Shown here: positions 43,406 to 46,056 of the stretch, one piece after another | Layout of the letters: every line of letters begins with the position of its first letter | Numbering within the stretch: the first letter of the stretch is position 1 | Made by a program: the position numbers and the translations under genes | The notes under the pieces: generated by a model | Told to the model about the DNA's origin: nothing | Databases searched by the model: none | The model's input: the letters and a program-made list of their open reading frames with translations, nothing else | From: a virus | Taxonomy: Duplodnaviria; Caudoviricetes | IMG/VR virus record: IMGVR_UViG_3300038315_001610 | Location: 1 to 46,056 of that record | Length of the DNA: 46,056 bases | Reading direction: 5' to 3' (one strand)

Positions 43406-44833
43406 ATGGTTAAAGTCACCGAAATCGAAGACACCATGCAGTACACCCCGAGACAAAGGGAGTTTATGTACTACGCCATTGAGGATGACAGTATTAGTGA
43501 TCTTTATTTCTGTGGTGGTGTTCGTTCTGGCAAATCTGTCTGTGTCGTCAAAGCGGGATGGCACACTGCAATGCGTTTTCCTGAATCCCACGGATTACTT
43601 ACAAGGGCGACTCTCAAAGAGCTTAAGTCAGCAACTCTGGATAGTACAGTGTACGGGAAGGATGCCAACGGAGAACAAGTTATACCTCTTGACACCATTG
43701 CCGACCACAACAAAGATGCCCAGCAAATAATCTTTAAGAATGGAAGCAAATGGTCATACTTCGGCATGGATCAGATCGAGCGGTTCCAGGGTATGGAGTT
43801 CTCGTACTGGATGGGGGAAGAGGCGAACCGATACAAGATCAACGTCTTCAACTACGTCCGAAACACCAGAATCTGTAACCGAGTTGGACCACACAAGATC
43901 TTCCTCAATTCGAACACCGATACGGGACAGGATCATTTGTACCAGAGATTTTTTGAGGAAAATCGAGAAGGTCACAAAGCAATCGTCGTGTCAACACTTG
44001 AAAATGCAAAGCACCTCCCCCAGTCATTCCTCAAAGACCTTGAAATTCTCAAGAAGAGGGATCCTCTAAGCTACGCTGTGTACATTATGGCGAAGTTCCA
44101 AGGGTTGTCTGGGTTGGTTTATCCGCAGTTTAACTCCCTTATCCATGTCGTCGAACCTTTCGAAATCCCCAGAGAATGGAAACGAGTTAAAGGATTTGAT
44201 CATGGATTTGCTCACTACTGCGGAGCATTGGCAGTCGCTGTCGACTTTGAGGGAAATCTTTGGTGTTATGACGAATACGCAGAGAAGGGTCGCTCTATCC
44301 CTGAGAATGCCTCAGCTCTTACCAGCGAGAAAGGTTGGACAAAGTTTGAATATGCTGATCCAAGTGTCTATAAGCAATATACACAATCCTCAAAGATTCC
44401 AGGAAAAATGGTTTTCGTAGGTCAGGACTACCGAGACAACGGAATCGAGCTAACACCAGCCAACAATTCGAAGGCTGGAATCGAACGCATTCGTGCATTC
44501 CTTTACGTCGACCCAGAGAAGATACACCCAATATTGCAAACGAAAGGATCTCCCCGCATCTTCTTCTTCCGAGGTCGTGTTCCCACAACGATAAAGCAGA
44601 TAGCCAACTGGAAACTTCGGTCAGACAGCGACGGGATGGACACTGAGGAACCAGAGGATGGGGATGACGACCTGCCTGACTGTCTGAAGTATATTGTTAA
44701 TGGCAATCCCTGTGCCCACATCAAGGGCATGGCTGATGCGCCCAAAGAACCTTGGGAACTTGCCCCTTGGGAACGAGGAGGAGCGCAAGCCCAGCAGAAC
44801 TCTGATTTTATCTTCTCCCCCGAATTAGGATGA
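43406..44833 (+). CDS. terL: Terminase large subunit
   Basis: Walker A GGVRSGKS, Walker B-like WMGEE, nuclease GFDHG, ADPS, DDLPDCLKY. Confidence 0.92.
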   Translation: MVKVTEIEDTMQYTPRQREFMYYAIEDDSISDLYFCGGVRSGKSVCVVKAGWHTAMRFPESHGLLTRATLKELKSATLDSTVYGKDANGEQVIPLDTIADHNKDAQQIIFKNGSKWSYFGMDQIERFQGMEFSYWMGEEANRYKINVFNYVRNTRICNRVGPHKIFLNSNTDTGQDHLYQRFFEENREGHKAIVVSTLENAKHLPQSFLKDLEILKKRDPLSYAVYIMAKFQGLSGLVYPQFNSLIHVVEPFEIPREWKRVKGFDHGFAHYCGALAVAVDFEGNLWCYDEYAEKGRSIPENASALTSEKGWTKFEYADPSVYKQYTQSSKIPGKMVFVGQDYRDNGIELTPANNSKAGIERIRAFLYVDPEKIHPILQTKGSPRIFFFRGRVPTTIKQIANWKLRSDSDGMDTEEPEDGDDDLPDCLKYIVNGNPCAHIKGMADAPKEPWELAPWERGGAQAQQNSDFIFSPELG

Positions 44834-45258
44834 CAGAATTCAATATGCCATTATTCACCAGAGGCAGCAATCTCAAACTGGTAAAACAGATGATGTGGAC
44901 ATCGCCAATATTCCACATTCGCCAGATCTTCAAGAATGCCAAGAATCCAATGTTCTGGAAGTATGGGTTCAGGAAGCACCCAGCAGTGAAGCGCAAGAAG
45001 TTAAAGTATTGGAAATGGGTATCGCTGAACAGAGACCTTTTCGGGAACGAATGTCCTGGATGGCAGTGGTGGTACTACGAGTTGGAACATTACATTAAGA
45101 CACCGAGAGGTGTGCAGAAGATGAGCTTGCTTAATTATCGCAAGTTCCCAATAATTCATTCCGCTTTAGATCTTAAGTTCCAACACAATGGCAGATTCTA
45201 TACAATTTATCTCACACCAGAGGAAGCGAGGGATTCGAAAGAAATCATCCAAGATTAA
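44830..45258 (+). CDS. Hypothetical basic Trp-rich protein
   Basis: ATGA overlap with terL. Confidence 0.6.
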   Translation: MTEFNMPLFTRGSNLKLVKQMMWTSPIFHIRQIFKNAKNPMFWKYGFRKHPAVKRKKLKYWKWVSLNRDLFGNECPGWQWWYYELEHYIKTPRGVQKMSLLNYRKFPIIHSALDLKFQHNGRFYTIYLTPEEARDSKEIIQD

Positions 45259-45259
45259 G

Positions 45260-45601
45260 ATGAGCTCAAAGCATTCCAAGGTAAAGCGCACAGAGCGTAT
45301 CTGGAGACACAACCAGCGTAACTGCATGCATTGTGGCAGATGCGGTGGGCACGTGGATGGAACTATGAAGATAGAAGGTCCGAAATGGATGTTCTATTGC
45401 GATGGTGGACACCATGTCTACAAGGGATTGATCAACGACAAGAAGTTCCTGATCGAACAGGGGATTCTCCACGCTGGTGGAATGCCAGATCCAAGGAACG
45501 ATGCAAGGCGCAAGGCTGCAAGAGAGGAAGGGCTGAGGAGAAGAGAGGAGGCTATGTACGGAAAACAATACAAAGAAGTCGGTTCCCATCCATTTGTATG
45601 A
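45260..45601 (+). CDS. Zinc-ribbon protein
   Basis: CGRCGG...CDGGH. Confidence 0.6.
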   Translation: MSSKHSKVKRTERIWRHNQRNCMHCGRCGGHVDGTMKIEGPKWMFYCDGGHHVYKGLINDKKFLIEQGILHAGGMPDPRNDARRKAAREEGLRRREEAMYGKQYKEVGSHPFV

Positions 45602-46008
45602 CACCCATGTTTACTACCCCAGGAGAGAAGATCATTCTCTACGATGCTGGTCAGAAGATGTACGTTGGCATCGCATACGTTGGGCACAAGGGAACAGAGC
45701 CAGAGTTCGCCACTTATGCTTGCGGCATAAGCAAGACAAACTCTTACCTCGATTGCATGGAAGAGATTTATAAAGCACTGGATATTGCGCAGGACATGAG
45801 ATTGGGGGATGGCGCACCGATCTTCAGTGAATATTCCGCAATTGTGCACAAAGCAGATCGTGCTATGGTTACCGTTGAAGGAAATCATTACGCTGTTGGC
45901 GTGAAAAATGGTAAGTTCCACTTTGCGGTGCCAGAGGCAAAAGATGTGTCGGACGAAGAGTTGGAGGAGATGCTGGAAAGCAAAATGGGGTGCTCAGACT
46001 TTCAATAG
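45598..46008 (+). CDS. Hypothetical acidic protein
   Basis: ATGA overlap; ends inside the terminal repeat, upstream of the portal. Confidence 0.65.
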   Translation: MTPMFTTPGEKIILYDAGQKMYVGIAYVGHKGTEPEFATYACGISKTNSYLDCMEEIYKALDIAQDMRLGDGAPIFSEYSAIVHKADRAMVTVEGNHYAVGVKNGKFHFAVPEAKDVSDEELEEMLESKMGCSDFQ

Positions 46009-46054
46009 CTTGTTAATTAATCACTTTTATTCCCATCCTTAATCGACTACCCTG
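45957..46054. repeat. Terminal direct repeat, right copy
   Basis: Identical to nt 1-98. Confidence 0.95.
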
Positions 46055-46056
46055 GG

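Noticed and set aside
125-46008. Stop-codon reassignment
   Set aside because: Code 11 gives intact full-length genes and dense coding; TAA, TAG and TGA all terminate credible genes.

Overview
This window looks like an essentially complete ~45.96 kb dsDNA tailed phage genome. Its ends overlap: nt 1-98 = 45957-46054, which implies a circular or circularly permuted assembly. It uses genetic code 11 and has a podovirus/P22-like layout. The + strand (36.7 kb through the join to 24.3 kb) carries many small ORFs, small and large terminase, GroEL, portal, GroES, scaffold, capsid, adaptor/nozzle, fibre, two probable ejection proteins, a 1531-aa polyvalent protein, LamG lectin, M15 endolysin and holin. 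The - strand (36.0 to 24.3 kb) carries early genes: HTH and MucR-like regulators, a thymidine-hypermodification cluster (dUMP hydroxymethylase-type TS, 5hmdU DNA kinase, TAGT/GREB1-like glycosyltransferase, DUF3310), RecT-like, Cas4/RecB-like, NinB-like and RusA-like genes. I could not recognise an integrase, DNA polymerase, helicase, tRNA or CRISPR array. The main oddities are: (1) a genome-wide TTCCCCC motif where a Shine-Dalgarno would normally sit; (2) a hmU kinase plus glycosyltransferase pathway with no amino-acid transferase; (3) cassette-like ADP-ribosyltransferase-fold modules bounded by DNA repeats; (4) several ORF-free, strongly base-paired candidate ncRNAs; (5) a family of TTGCYT-N16/17-CATAAT promoters containing a CCT-N3-AGG palindrome; (6) a split GroEL/roofless GroES pair inside the packaging region; (7) signal-peptide-like N-termini on virion-region proteins. 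A CPR (Patescibacteria) host is only a hypothesis. All product calls come from motif recognition by eye, not database searches.
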